This document shows, in pieces, positions 27,388 to 37,816 of a DNA stretch of 64,000 nt (the first letter of the stretch is position 1; each line of letters begins with the position of its first letter). The position numbers and the translations under genes are program-made. Source of the DNA: an uncultured Candidatus Saccharibacteria bacterium (GTDB lineage Bacteria; Patescibacteriota; Minisyncoccia; Phycocordibacterales; UBA12088); NCBI GenBank assembly GCA_964411375.1, contig CAYPKR010000003.1:7237-71236 (forward strand), written 5' to 3'. The notes beneath the pieces are model-generated. The model had not been told where the DNA came from. It worked only from the letters and a program-made list of their open reading frames with translations, and searched no databases.

Positions 27388-29129
27388 TTCGCCTCGTTTT
27401 ACTATTTTCTCTCTCCTCGATTGTATTGACGCTTTTTCCAGCGGCATTGGTCTATCGTGCTGCAGGAGGGAATTGGCAAGGAGTGCCGCCAGAGCTTATC
27501 ACTGATAGTCTCTACTATTACGCCCAAATCCATGAAGTTCGAGACGGTTACCCAAAAGTCGGTAATCCATTTTTTAAGGAGCATCAAAATGAAATTGCTC
27601 CTGCATTTTTCCTTCCAGTCGATATTGCCGCAATCCCTATGTATTTTGGTGCGTCCATCACAGCGACGGCACTCATTGATTTATTCTTCTTTACTGGTGT
27701 ATTTTTATTTCTCGCATACTTGATTCTTCGCGCATGTGAACTCCCACGAATGTTTGCATATCTGGGGTCGCTCATCGCGTATCTTGGCGCGTATATGTTT
27801 ATGGTACGGCCGGTTGCGATGCAGATCGTATTTCCAACCTTTCTGTTTTTCCTTCTTTCATACCTGTATTTTCTCCGCGCTCCCGGAAGAAAATCAGCAG
27901 TCATCCTTGGGCTCGGCATTCTACTCGCACCGTACACCTACACGTATCTTGCGTACATCGTGATTGGAACAATGGCGAGTGGGGTCATTTCATTTTTGAT
28001 TTGGAGAAAGTGGAACGAACTCAAATGGCTTTTTGTCTCTGGTCTCATTTCAATAATCGGAGCAATTCCATTTCTATTTGGCATTTTCTTGCCTGAAATA
28101 CATCACCCACTGTATCCAGAAACGATTGTTCGAATCGGTATGGTCATGACTCATATTCCTGCGAATGAATTTTTCTATTACGGTCGTTGGGTACTACTCG
28201 TTCTGGTAGCGCTTCTTCTCGTACTGCGTGGAGCATTCCGTGACCGAATCCGTTCATTAGGGGATGATCCGCAAAATATATTCCTGCTCTCCAGTGGAGC
28301 GGGACTGCTTATTGCGGCGGGAAGCAATATCATAACCGGCGTTGAATTATCGCTCGCAATTCATATTGGCCGATTCATTATTTTGTGGCTCTCGCTTGCG
28401 GTAGCTATTCTTGGGTTCCGTTTCCTTATGCTTCCTAGATGGGAAATGCGCACACCAGTTCGAATTCTCGGTGCTCTCCTTATCATAATTATGGGAGTCA
28501 GTCTTATCCGAAATATTCCGCGTTCATTTGCTTTTGCAACAAAAGATAATCTTTCGCCAACTGCCGAGCTTCAAACATACGCCGAGCCACTCCGAGCACT
28601 GACACTTGGCACCGCGCCCGGAGCAGTTGTTTGGAGTAATGATACGCTCGCACGCTACATTCCGATCATGACAAATGATTATGTTCTGTATACCGAAGCG
28701 GGCGGACTTCAGCTTGTTGGAGACACCGAGATGATTGATCGCTATTTAGTATCCCGAATGGGAACTTCAAGCGAGGAAACACTTCGCAGTTCAATCGGCA
28801 AATATTTAGGCGCTGGTATTGGAAAAGAGCAACCAATCGCAATAAATCGAAGTGTCGCATGGTGCCTTCGTCTCAAAAAAATAATTCATAATCACGTTTG
28901 TGCAGAGCCGACAAGTGGTGAGCAAATTCTTGGTGATCAATTTTTTACTGAGTTGTTAGCACAATCAAAACAAATACAAAGTAACCGAATCGATACCCTC
29001 CGTAGATTCAATGTCGAGTATCTTCTTCTCGACAGTACCGTTGATCCGACGTTTAGTTCGTTTGGAGTTTCAGGAGAGCTCAAATGGAGCAATGATCGGT
29101 TCTCAATCTATCGTTTGAGCGATGAGTAA
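27384..29129 (+). CDS. large polytopic membrane protein, paralog of 24700-26499
   Basis: similar length/topology and N-terminal loop (E..TDSLYYYAQIHEVRDGYPKVGNPFFKE vs AETSYLTRIQEAAETGDVANPYIFEE). Confidence 0.5.
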   Translation: MIRLVLLFSLSSIVLTLFPAALVYRAAGGNWQGVPPELITDSLYYYAQIHEVRDGYPKVGNPFFKEHQNEIAPAFFLPVDIAAIPMYFGASITATALIDLFFFTGVFLFLAYLILRACELPRMFAYLGSLIAYLGAYMFMVRPVAMQIVFPTFLFFLLSYLYFLRAPGRKSAVILGLGILLAPYTYTYLAYIVIGTMASGVISFLIWRKWNELKWLFVSGLISIIGAIPFLFGIFLPEIHHPLYPETIVRIGMVMTHIPANEFFYYGRWVLLVLVALLLVLRGAFRDRIRSLGDDPQNIFLLSSGAGLLIAAGSNIITGVELSLAIHIGRFIILWLSLAVAILGFRFLMLPRWEMRTPVRILGALLIIIMGVSLIRNIPRSFAFATKDNLSPTAELQTYAEPLRALTLGTAPGAVVWSNDTLARYIPIMTNDYVLYTEAGGLQLVGDTEMIDRYLVSRMGTSSEETLRSSIGKYLGAGIGKEQPIAINRSVAWCLRLKKIIHNHVCAEPTSGEQILGDQFFTELLAQSKQIQSNRIDTLRRFNVEYLLLDSTVDPTFSSFGVSGELKWSNDRFSIYRLSDE

Positions 29130-29863
29130 CGCTGACGAAGTCGCCACGGCATAATGAGTACTTCGTAAATGTAGCGATGTAATCCGCTCGATATTTTTGA
29201 ATACCCATTTTCTCGATTTTTGAATGTAATCGGTACTTCAAGAATTCGCGCACCTAAATAATGCGCGATAAGTTTCATTTCCATTTGAAAAGCAAATCCC
29301 GTTGCAGATACATCCTTGAATGCTTCGTGGCGAAGGAGTGGTGCGCGGAATGCTTGGAATCCCGCAGTCAAATCGCGAATGCCGGTTCCGGAAGCAGTTG
29401 TTGCATATATATTTCCGACACGACTTAAAATGATTCGACCAATTGGCCAATTCTCAAGTCTACCACCGCGTACATAGCGTGATCCGATCACCATTTCATG
29501 CCGTTTGATTTCTTCAAGAAAAACATCAATGACTGACGGATTATGTGAAAAATCAGAATCCATAGTAATGATCACGCTGGCTCTGGGATCATTTTCCAAA
29601 ATAGCTCCGAATGATTCGAGGTAGGCGCTTGCGAGCCCGAGTTTTTTTGGTCGGCTGTGAAGGCGAATATTCGGATTCTTAGCTGCCATTAGAGAAACGA
29701 GCGCTCCCGTTCCGTCAGGGGAATTATCATCGACAACAACGATTCCGATCGTGGGATAGAGTTTTGTTACGGCAGTAATCATCCGCTCGATATTTTCTCG
29801 TTCGTTATATGTGGGGATCACAACATATACGCCCCTTTCCGTATCGATCGACTGTTCCTGCAT
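29108..29863 (-). CDS. GT2 dolichyl/polyprenyl-phosphate mannosyltransferase (DPM1-like) synthase
   Basis: VVIPTYNEREN, VVVDDNSPDGT, ITMDSDFSHNP motifs. Confidence 0.85.
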   Translation of the reverse strand: MQEQSIDTERGVYVVIPTYNERENIERMITAVTKLYPTIGIVVVDDNSPDGTGALVSLMAAKNPNIRLHSRPKKLGLASAYLESFGAILENDPRASVIITMDSDFSHNPSVIDVFLEEIKRHEMVIGSRYVRGGRLENWPIGRIILSRVGNIYATTASGTGIRDLTAGFQAFRAPLLRHEAFKDVSATGFAFQMEMKLIAHYLGARILEVPITFKNRENGYSKISSGLHRYIYEVLIMPWRLRQRYSSLKR

Positions 29864-29867
29864 AGAA

Positions 29868-30515
29868 TTATTTACGAAGCTCGAGAATGGCGAGCCCGAG
29901 GGGAAGGGGCTGAATAAGAAATGCGCGTGCCTTCGGGGTCACTTGCATTCCGATTCGACGAAGTTGTTTTTTGTTATAAAACACCTGATCAGTCCATGGC
30001 CAAAATGGGCGAAGGATTTTTGGTCGAGTCAAAATGTACCACACATGATGATATGAATAGCGATAAGGAACGCTGATGAGCGCAACGCCTCCTGGCTTCA
30101 GCGCACGAAAATGGCTTTTTGCGATATCAACCGGATTTTGAAAATGTTCCATAAGGCCTTGGCTCCAGACGACATCATATTCTTCCTTAAATGGATAGGT
30201 GAGACAATCGCCCAAGATAAAATGTGCGTTGGTCACCCCATTTCGTTTCGCAACATCTTCTGAAAGACGAATAGACGCTTCGGTGATATCAAGTCCAACC
30301 GCCTCCTTGATCTTTGGTGCAATCTGAATGAGTAGCGATGATGTTCCAGAGCCAAGCTCTAAAAATCGACTTTCCGGCTTCAAATAGCGGCGAAACATCC
30401 GCAAAAAGAAATAGTTATAGACATGGCGGCCGGCATTAACCATTCGGGTAAGGAGCCCTTCGCGGACCCATATTCTCTGCCATTCCGCCTCCTGATCTAG
30501 TTTTCGTAACTCCAT
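29868..30515 (-). CDS. class I SAM-dependent methyltransferase
   Basis: FLELGSGTSSL motif I, LKPGGVALISVP motif. Confidence 0.75.
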   Translation of the reverse strand: MELRKLDQEAEWQRIWVREGLLTRMVNAGRHVYNYFFLRMFRRYLKPESRFLELGSGTSSLLIQIAPKIKEAVGLDITEASIRLSEDVAKRNGVTNAHFILGDCLTYPFKEEYDVVWSQGLMEHFQNPVDIAKSHFRALKPGGVALISVPYRYSYHHVWYILTRPKILRPFWPWTDQVFYNKKQLRRIGMQVTPKARAFLIQPLPLGLAILELRK

Positions 30516-30620
30516 GATATTTACGGTATACTCACGAATAGTAACAGTCCTCTACCGAAACCTCAAACCATCTACCATTGTTACTCACTAGCTGTCGGAT
30601 TCTCACTATCATCAATCATC

Positions 30621-32447
30621 ATGTGCGGCATTAACGGTTTTACTTTTGAAGATGTACGCCTCATCAAGAAGATGAATGCGACGACCGCACATCGCGGTCC
30701 GGACGGCGAAGGAGCGCTCGCTGAAGAGGGAATTTCTTTGGGACATAATCGACTCGCAATTATCGATCTTGATCCGAGGGCTAAGCAGCCGATGGAAAGC
30801 GCGGATCATACACTCGCAATCGTCTTCAATGGTGAAATTTATAATTTTAAGGAGCTCAAGCGCGAGCTAACTGAATATACATTCAAAACAGAAAGCGATA
30901 CTGAAGTCATTCTTGCGGCGTATCAAAAGTGGGGAAGAATGTGTGTTGAAAAAATGAATGGTATGTTTGCCTTCGCGATTTGGGATCGTAATCGTCATGA
31001 ATTATTTTTGGCGCGCGATCATATTGGCATCAAACCGCTCTACTACTACACGGACGGAAAGAAGTTTATTTTTTCTTCCGAAATAAAAGCGATACTCGCG
31101 CATAATATTCCACGCACGGTAAATAAAACTGCATTCTCTGAATATCTGCGACTTCTCTATGTTCCTGAACCGCAAACGATGTTTGAAGGTATTTTTAAAT
31201 TTCCTCCGGCACACCGAGGTGTTGTTCGCGGTGGTACGCTCCGCATGGAGCGATATTGGAGCGTCGATCCACTCACTAAAAATACTGATGGAGTAGAAGA
31301 ACAAAAAGAAACAATTCGTGATCTAGTTGATTCCGCAGTGGAGCGTCAATTGGTATCGGACCGACCCCTCGGCGTATTTCTCTCTGGTGGAATTGATTCG
31401 AGCATTGTTGTCGATTCGATGTCCAGGCTCGGTGGATCGATTGAAACTTTTTCAGTTGGATTTGATCTTTCTGAATCCGAACAATCAGAAAAATTTAACG
31501 CCGATGTTTCCCTCGCCAAACGCACCGCTGAACACTACGGTACGAAACATCACGAGGTCTATTTGAAAGGAGATGATGTTGTGTCTCTTCTCACTAAAAG
31601 TGTCGTCAGTATGGACGAGCCAATTGCGAATGCGACTGCCCTCACACAATTTAAACTTGCAGAATTTGCACGTCAGTCGGTTGTTGTCGCGCTCGGCGGG
31701 GACGGAGGAGATGAACTATTTGGCGGATACGATCGCTATCGACTCGCATATATTTCATCCAAATACCACTTGGCTCCGTCTTTTTTGCGGAATATTTTAG
31801 GATCAATCGTTCCGTCGCTCAAAAAACTGGAAACTGATCCAGACATTTCTCGTTTCGCAAGGTTTTTATTTCAAAAAGATGAAACACTCCAGTCCGTCGT
31901 TCGACCAGAATATAGTACGGATGCGGCATCAATACTCTTCGCTCCACAATTTAAGGGAGCAAGCGAAGAAACATTTCTTGATTTATTCATGGATGTCGAT
32001 CGCCAAAGTTGGCTCGTTGATGAATCGCTTATGCGCTCTGACAAAATGAGTATGGCATCGGGACTTGAAATGCGTGTGCCACTTCTTGATATCGACATCG
32101 TTGAATACGCCGCTTCAATTAAGGCGACTGACAAAGTATCGTTTCGAGATACCAAGCGCATTTTGAAGGACGCATTTCGTGATCGACTTCCTGGATATTT
32201 ATTTACCGAGCCAAAACGCGGTTGGTTTTCTCCTGCAGCGAAGTGGCTCCGCCGTCCCGAAGTATCGCGCTTTGTCGACGAAGTACTCAATCCGTCCTAT
32301 TATCCGCCCACTTCCAGGCTCTTTCAGTTTGACGGTGTTCGTGAAATGCTTGATCGTCACCGTGACGGAAAGGCATATAATCTGACCATGCTCTGGGCGA
32401 TCATTGTTTTCCAGATTTGGGCGAAAGAATATAAGGTCACGATCTAA
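30621..32447 (+). CDS. asparagine synthase (glutamine-hydrolysing)-family amidotransferase (copy 2)
   Basis: MCGINGF, GVFLSGGIDSS; 608 aa; paralog of 22760-24631. Confidence 0.8.
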   Translation: MCGINGFTFEDVRLIKKMNATTAHRGPDGEGALAEEGISLGHNRLAIIDLDPRAKQPMESADHTLAIVFNGEIYNFKELKRELTEYTFKTESDTEVILAAYQKWGRMCVEKMNGMFAFAIWDRNRHELFLARDHIGIKPLYYYTDGKKFIFSSEIKAILAHNIPRTVNKTAFSEYLRLLYVPEPQTMFEGIFKFPPAHRGVVRGGTLRMERYWSVDPLTKNTDGVEEQKETIRDLVDSAVERQLVSDRPLGVFLSGGIDSSIVVDSMSRLGGSIETFSVGFDLSESEQSEKFNADVSLAKRTAEHYGTKHHEVYLKGDDVVSLLTKSVVSMDEPIANATALTQFKLAEFARQSVVVALGGDGGDELFGGYDRYRLAYISSKYHLAPSFLRNILGSIVPSLKKLETDPDISRFARFLFQKDETLQSVVRPEYSTDAASILFAPQFKGASEETFLDLFMDVDRQSWLVDESLMRSDKMSMASGLEMRVPLLDIDIVEYAASIKATDKVSFRDTKRILKDAFRDRLPGYLFTEPKRGWFSPAAKWLRRPEVSRFVDEVLNPSYYPPTSRLFQFDGVREMLDRHRDGKAYNLTMLWAIIVFQIWAKEYKVTI

Positions 32448-32448
32448 T

Positions 32449-33663
32449 ATGAAAATTCTTGCGGTCACTCCGCCATTTCATCAAAAAAGCACTGGTGCGG
32501 CGGAACACGATATTATTGCCGGTATCAAATTACTTACGGAAATGGGTCACGACGTTTCGGTGGCAGTTTTGAGTCCTTCCTATTATGATTCTGCTCGCGC
32601 ACTCGAATTAGTTCCAAAAGGAGTAGCAGTATTTCCATACACGCCGCCTGCGGGCAATTTTTCAAAGTGGCTTGTTGCGTCTATTCGAAAGCCTGCGCTA
32701 TTCGATCGTGCCGCGTATAGTTTTTGGCAGATGACTGAAGATTCGAATTTCCAGAAATTTTTTGACACACAAAATCCAGACCTTGTCATTTCGTGGTGTT
32801 CGTATTCATGGCCAGCGCTGTATTTTGGAAGAAAGAAAAAAATTACAACCGTATTTCGTTCGCATAATTACGAACCGAGCTTCTTCTTCGAAGCGCTGAC
32901 GGGATTTGAAGTCTACTCACCCCTAAACTGGATTCGCCGAATTGCAAAGTGGATGGGGGAACGAAGTGCTGTTCGTTTTGCTGATTCAGTTGCGACTATT
33001 CCATTTGCGCAAGCGTCACTCTACAAGGAGTGGCGAAATCCAAGGGACATTGAAATACTCACTCTTATTTTTTTAGGAAGTCGGTTACAATCATCATTTG
33101 TTCATGCGAGCAAAAAGCCGCTCGACGTTTTTTATCTTGGTGCCAATTACAATGTTGCATTTCATCTTCGTGGAGTTGAATCGATCATCTCGCATATTGC
33201 GCCTGAAGTGATTGCACGCGCTCCTGGCGCATTTCGTTTCCATATTTGCGGATCAAAACTGCCCGAACGGTTAGTGAAACAGTGCGATGGAGTGAATATT
33301 ATCTACGAAGGATATGTCGATGATTTTAATGAATTTATGAGTCGTATGGATATTGGCGCATTTCCAGTCCGTACCGGAAAATCGATGAAGGGAAAAGTAT
33401 TTGAAACGATCTCGCGTGCGTTCCCCGTTGTCATTGCACCGAATTGCCTCGGCGGCTACGATATACAAAACGGAGAAGAAGCGTTGGTGCGGGAATCGAA
33501 TGAAGAATTTGCTGATGCAATTATCTCTCTTCAGGATGATGCGCTTCGAAAAAAACTTTCTGAAGGTGCGGCAGCATTTGCGAGACGGGAATTTGGAGAA
33601 ACACACATTCGAAGTGTTATGGAACGATCAATTACACGAGCAGTCGAAAATCACACAAACTAA
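32449..33663 (+). CDS. glycosyltransferase (GT-B-like), hypothetical family
   Basis: two-domain length, MKILAVTPPF N-terminus typical of GT-B; weak C-terminal motifs. Confidence 0.55.
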   Translation: MKILAVTPPFHQKSTGAAEHDIIAGIKLLTEMGHDVSVAVLSPSYYDSARALELVPKGVAVFPYTPPAGNFSKWLVASIRKPALFDRAAYSFWQMTEDSNFQKFFDTQNPDLVISWCSYSWPALYFGRKKKITTVFRSHNYEPSFFFEALTGFEVYSPLNWIRRIAKWMGERSAVRFADSVATIPFAQASLYKEWRNPRDIEILTLIFLGSRLQSSFVHASKKPLDVFYLGANYNVAFHLRGVESIISHIAPEVIARAPGAFRFHICGSKLPERLVKQCDGVNIIYEGYVDDFNEFMSRMDIGAFPVRTGKSMKGKVFETISRAFPVVIAPNCLGGYDIQNGEEALVRESNEEFADAIISLQDDALRKKLSEGAAAFARREFGETHIRSVMERSITRAVENHTN

Positions 33664-33664
33664 T

Positions 33665-34270
33665 ATGTCGCATTGGGAACAATTCATGCGTGAAAAACTC
33701 ACGCGTATCTTTTCGGAGAATACGGAAGTCATCGATATCGGCGGGAGTCTTCGTATTCGTGGCAATTGGATCACTAATGATTACGAATGGCTGAAGCCTG
33801 CGGTCGAAAAAGTGACGTATAAAATTCTCGATCCCGTTCCTGATTACCATCCAGATATTGTGGGCGATATTCACGCGCTTCCGTTTAAGGATAACGAGGT
33901 TTCCGCGTTTCTTTGTATCGCAGTCATGGAGCATATTGAAAATCCGCATGTTGCTGCGCATGAACTCTATCGCACCCTAAAGAAGGGTGGCATGTGCTAC
34001 GTGTATGTTCCTTTTTTGTATCCATATCATGCTGAGCGCGGATATTACGGTGATTTCTGGCGCTACACCGAAGAAGCGCTTCGACATATTTTTAAAGAAT
34101 TTCCGACAATTGAAATCGTTAATGTGCGAGGTGCTTTGGAAACATGGATTTATTTGTCACCATTTCGCAGGATTCCCGGCATCCAACCACTCTCGCGGTT
34201 TTTGGATAGAATCCTGGGCAAATCGAGGAGCAAACAAACCAGCGGCTACCAAGTATTTTTACAAAAGTAG
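33665..34270 (+). CDS. class I SAM-dependent methyltransferase (Methyltransf_11-like)
   Basis: VIDIGGS motif I, LKKGGMCYVYVP motif; ATG 33665 chosen (upstream ORF extension overlaps previous gene). Confidence 0.7.
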   Translation: MSHWEQFMREKLTRIFSENTEVIDIGGSLRIRGNWITNDYEWLKPAVEKVTYKILDPVPDYHPDIVGDIHALPFKDNEVSAFLCIAVMEHIENPHVAAHELYRTLKKGGMCYVYVPFLYPYHAERGYYGDFWRYTEEALRHIFKEFPTIEIVNVRGALETWIYLSPFRRIPGIQPLSRFLDRILGKSRSKQTSGYQVFLQK

Positions 34271-34335
34271 AAAAGTGTTTTCTACTGTCGCACCTTTTAG
34301 GCAGAAATCCAGTTTCTGATAGTATTAGGCATTCT

Positions 34336-35292
34336 ATGAATGAGCAGATAGTCATTGTTGGCTTCGGATGGGTTGGTCAGGCAAACGCGCTCGCGCTCCG
34401 GTTGATGGGCTATTCGGTATCCTATTTTGATCCGGGTACGCCACCGCTCCACTATGAAAAAAAATATAAAGACACGTATGCCGAGCTCAAGCGAATTTCT
34501 AGGGTTACTGAAAAAGATTCACCGAAGACTGTCTATGTCGTCTGCGTGGGTGACCGAGTTTCAGAAGAAGGCGTACAAGATATCTCTCTCATCGTAAGTG
34601 CACTCAACTCTTTGAAAGGTACAAAGGGGCGCGTGGTACTTCGTTCAACCATTATTCCCGCAACACTCAAATCCCTCGACTTCGATTTTTATGTTCCTGA
34701 ATTTTTGCACGAGAAAAAAGCAGTCGAAGAATGCATCACTCCGTATTATTTTGTGATTGGACGAGATACTCCAAATATTCTCGAACCAAACTTCTTCGGT
34801 GAATGGGAGAAGCGCGCGCTTCGCACATTCCGTGGAACACCCAAGGAGGCATCTCATATCAAATATCTCTCCAACTTGTGGAACGCGCTTCGTATTGCCT
34901 TTGTTAACGAATATGGTTCGACCACTACTGAACCTTCTTCAAAAGAAGCGGTCGAAGAAATAGAACACATCATCGGTTATCTATTTGAAGACAAACCATA
35001 TCTTCGCTACGGCCGATCATTCGGTGGACATTGTTTGCCAAAAGATACGCGCGCGTATGCACACTGGCAGGAGAGCGAAGGAAAGAATGTGCCACTCATT
35101 AAAAGCATGCTTGCATCAAACGCGCTTCATATTGAACGTGAGAAAAAGTTCTCCAATCTTACTGAATGGTTTTCAGAATGGCAGCGTCCCGCGCTCTCTG
35201 GCTGGGTAGCGCTGCAGAGTCTCGCGCTCTCAATTAAGCGCAATATTACCCACCCGGGGAAGACGCTTGCAGGAAATCACCGTGTCGATTGA
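34336..35292 (+). CDS. compact UDP-glucose/GDP-mannose dehydrogenase-family protein (second copy)
   Basis: IVIVGFGWVGQ Rossmann, GGHCLPKD catalytic-Cys motif. Confidence 0.6.
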   Translation: MNEQIVIVGFGWVGQANALALRLMGYSVSYFDPGTPPLHYEKKYKDTYAELKRISRVTEKDSPKTVYVVCVGDRVSEEGVQDISLIVSALNSLKGTKGRVVLRSTIIPATLKSLDFDFYVPEFLHEKKAVEECITPYYFVIGRDTPNILEPNFFGEWEKRALRTFRGTPKEASHIKYLSNLWNALRIAFVNEYGSTTTEPSSKEAVEEIEHIIGYLFEDKPYLRYGRSFGGHCLPKDTRAYAHWQESEGKNVPLIKSMLASNALHIEREKKFSNLTEWFSEWQRPALSGWVALQSLALSIKRNITHPGKTLAGNHRVD

Positions 35293-35325
35293 CTACTTGG
35301 TACAGATACGTAAAATCGGAACACT

Positions 35326-36312
35326 ATGACTAAAGTATTAGTAACCGGCGGCTCAGGTTTTGTTGGTGGGCACCTCGCGAATCACCTCCTCGATCGCGGG
35401 TATGAGGTTGTGATCACTGACAATTTTTTTCGTGGCCGAAGGGATGCTGATTTTGAGACACTTCTCAAGCGTCCCGGCGTTTCGTTTATCGAAGCAGATT
35501 TAACTAAACGCGAAGACTGGAACAAGCTCGGCGGTGGATACGAACACGTCTATCATCTTGCGGCAGTAAATGGCACCGGACTTTTTTATGAAATTCCGCA
35601 CGAAGTTTTGCGCATCAACATTCAGACAATGTTCAACGTCGTTGAGTGGATGCATGAAATGAATCGTGGCGGAAAACTCCTATTCACTTCGTCAAACGAA
35701 CTCTATGCAGGTGCGAGGGAAGCATTCGATATCTTGCCGATTCCAACGAACGAAAATGTGCCGGCAGTTATTCCTGATATCCAAAATCCGCGCTGGACCT
35801 ACGCAAGCTCCAAACTGATTGGTGAGCAGATCTGTATTCACTATGCGAAGGCATACAATTTTCGAATGGTCATTGTGCGTCCGCACAATTTTTACGGTCC
35901 GCGTGCCGGCTATAATCATGTTATTCCGCAATTCATCGAACGCATCGGCAAAAAGATGGATCCGTTTCCTGTCTACGGTCTCCATGACAAACGATCGTTT
36001 TGTTATATCGATGATGCAGTTCGCGCGATGCGGCTTGTAATGGAGAGTCCGCGAACTGATGGCGGCACCTACCACATCGGATCGGAAGAAGAGCGAAAGA
36101 TTTTGAATATTGCCGAAGTGCTTTTTACTGCGATGCAATTTATTCCGAAGCAGATCATCGCGCATCCGTCTCCCGCAGGAAGCGTGAAGCGTCGCCTTCC
36201 CGACATCTCGAAACTAAAGCGCGATATCGATTGGGAACACGAAACAACCTTTGAAGAGGGAATCAGAAAAACGATTGATTGGTATCTTGCCAATCCGAAG
36301 TCGGATAAGTAA
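35326..36312 (+). CDS. UDP-glucuronate decarboxylase-like (UXS family) NAD-dependent epimerase/dehydratase
   Basis: VTGGSGFVGGHL, ITDNFFRGRR (UXS-type DNFFTGR motif), YASSK catalytic motif; directly downstream of UGDH-like gene. Confidence 0.75.
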   Translation: MTKVLVTGGSGFVGGHLANHLLDRGYEVVITDNFFRGRRDADFETLLKRPGVSFIEADLTKREDWNKLGGGYEHVYHLAAVNGTGLFYEIPHEVLRINIQTMFNVVEWMHEMNRGGKLLFTSSNELYAGAREAFDILPIPTNENVPAVIPDIQNPRWTYASSKLIGEQICIHYAKAYNFRMVIVRPHNFYGPRAGYNHVIPQFIERIGKKMDPFPVYGLHDKRSFCYIDDAVRAMRLVMESPRTDGGTYHIGSEEERKILNIAEVLFTAMQFIPKQIIAHPSPAGSVKRRLPDISKLKRDIDWEHETTFEEGIRKTIDWYLANPKSDK

Positions 36313-36340
36313 AAACTGCGCACGAGGCGCAGTTTTTATA
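36312..36340. terminator. bidirectional rho-independent terminator
   Basis: aaaactgcgc-acgag-gcgcagtttt 10-bp stem flanked by A/T runs on both strands, between convergent genes. Confidence 0.75.
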
Positions 36341-36977
36341 TACCCGAAACTAATTTTTCTTCCCCGTCTTTTATCGAAACAATATCGCCGCTTTTGTAGG
36401 CGCTTTCTTCAGAGATGATTTTATGCGCGATATCTGCAATGAGTGCCGGACTCTGTTTAGTGGAGGAATCATGCGCGAGGCGTTCGCGCATTTGTGTGTT
36501 CGTCGGACCCGGACAAATGGAGATAAACGAAAATTCGGAGCGGTTGCGCGCCAAGCCTTGCGCCAAATTATTCACCGCGGCTTTAGATGCGGAATATGCG
36601 GCAGTTCTGCCATTCGCCTCCACACCTGCGGAAGATGAAAGAAAAATCATTCCACCGCCTTGGTTTAAATCTTTTAGAAAATATTTAGCGATGTAGATGA
36701 GGGATAGGGAATTGATCTTGAATGTTGTTTCAATTGCTTCGACTGATTGTTTCTCTAAATCAGTTTCGGTGTCGATATATCCATGCGCGCAAACAATCCA
36801 GTCAATTTTTGTCCCTTCGGCTGAGATTTTTTGCTCCAATTTTTCAATATCGGAATATGACGAAAGATCGGCGTCAGCGCGGGTAATCGGTATCACCTCG
36901 TTTCCTGCTGTTTCGAGCGTTTCTTTAATTGCGCTCCCGATTCCACCATCCGCACCGGTCAGAAGAATTGTTTTCAT
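36336..36977 (-). CDS. short-chain dehydrogenase/reductase (SDR)
   Basis: MKTILLTGADGGIGSAI, YSASKAA catalytic motif; start at ATG 36977 rather than upstream in-frame extension. Confidence 0.75.
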   Translation of the reverse strand: MKTILLTGADGGIGSAIKETLETAGNEVIPITRADADLSSYSDIEKLEQKISAEGTKIDWIVCAHGYIDTETDLEKQSVEAIETTFKINSLSLIYIAKYFLKDLNQGGGMIFLSSSAGVEANGRTAAYSASKAAVNNLAQGLARNRSEFSFISICPGPTNTQMRERLAHDSSTKQSPALIADIAHKIISEESAYKSGDIVSIKDGEEKLVSGI

Positions 36978-36990
36978 GTTGTCAGTATGC

Positions 36991-37002
36991 CAGAAATTTC
37001 TG
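36991..37002. promoter_or_regulatory. 12-bp perfect palindrome cagaaatttctg in promoter region of SDR gene
   Basis: seen in sequence; possible operator. Confidence 0.25.
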
Positions 37003-37004
37003 CT

Positions 37005-37039
37005 AATAAAAAAGTAGCCCGGTCGCGCGAGCGACCGGG
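37005..37039 (-). terminator. rho-independent terminator for minus-strand NUDIX-like gene
   Basis: cccggtcgc-gcga-gcgaccggg stem; on minus strand followed by cttttttatt. Confidence 0.65.
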
Positions 37040-37060
37040 GACTTTGTGAAAGAGATAAGA

Positions 37061-37618
37061 TTAAAGACCGTGTGGCCGACTTTCTCCCCACCGAATGCAG
37101 GCGGCAACCAATTCACGTTGGTCATAACCGAATTCAGATACGGAAGGAAGTTTGTCGATTGTATACCACTCGGTACTCGTCGCTTCTTGTCCGCCGTGGG
37201 CGGTTGCACCGAACAGAAAATCTTCGCTCAAGATTTCAACTGGGTAATAGAGCGAGATTGCATGTTTCCCCCCAGGAACTTCTGGAAGAAAACCCGTAGG
37301 CGGCTCCCCACCAGGTTGGGTCGGAATCCACTGGCCGACGGTGATTGGTTTGGACCAAGGAACCAGTAACTGAATATCAACCCCGAGATCAATCTTAAAC
37401 TGACGCCGAAGACAATCTTTCACACCCTCGCCGTGCCTTACCTTTCCGCCAATAGAACAGAGCTTCCCCGCGAAGTGGCCAGTACCGCGTCGAATCACCA
37501 TACCTTCGATTTTACCGCGGTTATTCCGCCGAACCGGAACTCCATCGGTGCAGATGATGGGCTGGATAGCTTCCACAACCTTGTAGACAGGAAAGGAAGG
37601 GATCCTGCCGTCGGGCAT
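37061..37618 (-). CDS. NUDIX-like hydrolase (degenerate Nudix box)
   Basis: GKVRHGEGVKDCLRRQFKIDLG approximates Gx5Ex7REUxEExGU with substitutions. Confidence 0.4.
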   Translation of the reverse strand: MPDGRIPSFPVYKVVEAIQPIICTDGVPVRRNNRGKIEGMVIRRGTGHFAGKLCSIGGKVRHGEGVKDCLRRQFKIDLGVDIQLLVPWSKPITVGQWIPTQPGGEPPTGFLPEVPGGKHAISLYYPVEILSEDFLFGATAHGGQEATSTEWYTIDKLPSVSEFGYDQRELVAACIRWGESRPHGL

Positions 37619-37816
37619 CGATCAATGTGCGATAGCGAAGTTCGTTGGCGAGGTCGTCGGTCGAAACTCCACTCAGATCCATTGGATTTCCTCCACTTTC
37701 GATCTATCTGGTTAGATTAACGCCTTCGCGAAAGTACCATACAATACATGTATCGTCAATAGAATGGCGAAACGCACTCCGTTGTGATTCTCGAATCAGT
37801 TCGTTATAGTGAGCGC

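Noticed and set aside
36415-37017. Plus-strand ORFs (93, 71, 106 aa) antisense to SDR gene 36336-36977
   Set aside because: The SDR on the minus strand has canonical Rossmann and YxxxK motifs. The plus-strand ORFs are artefacts.
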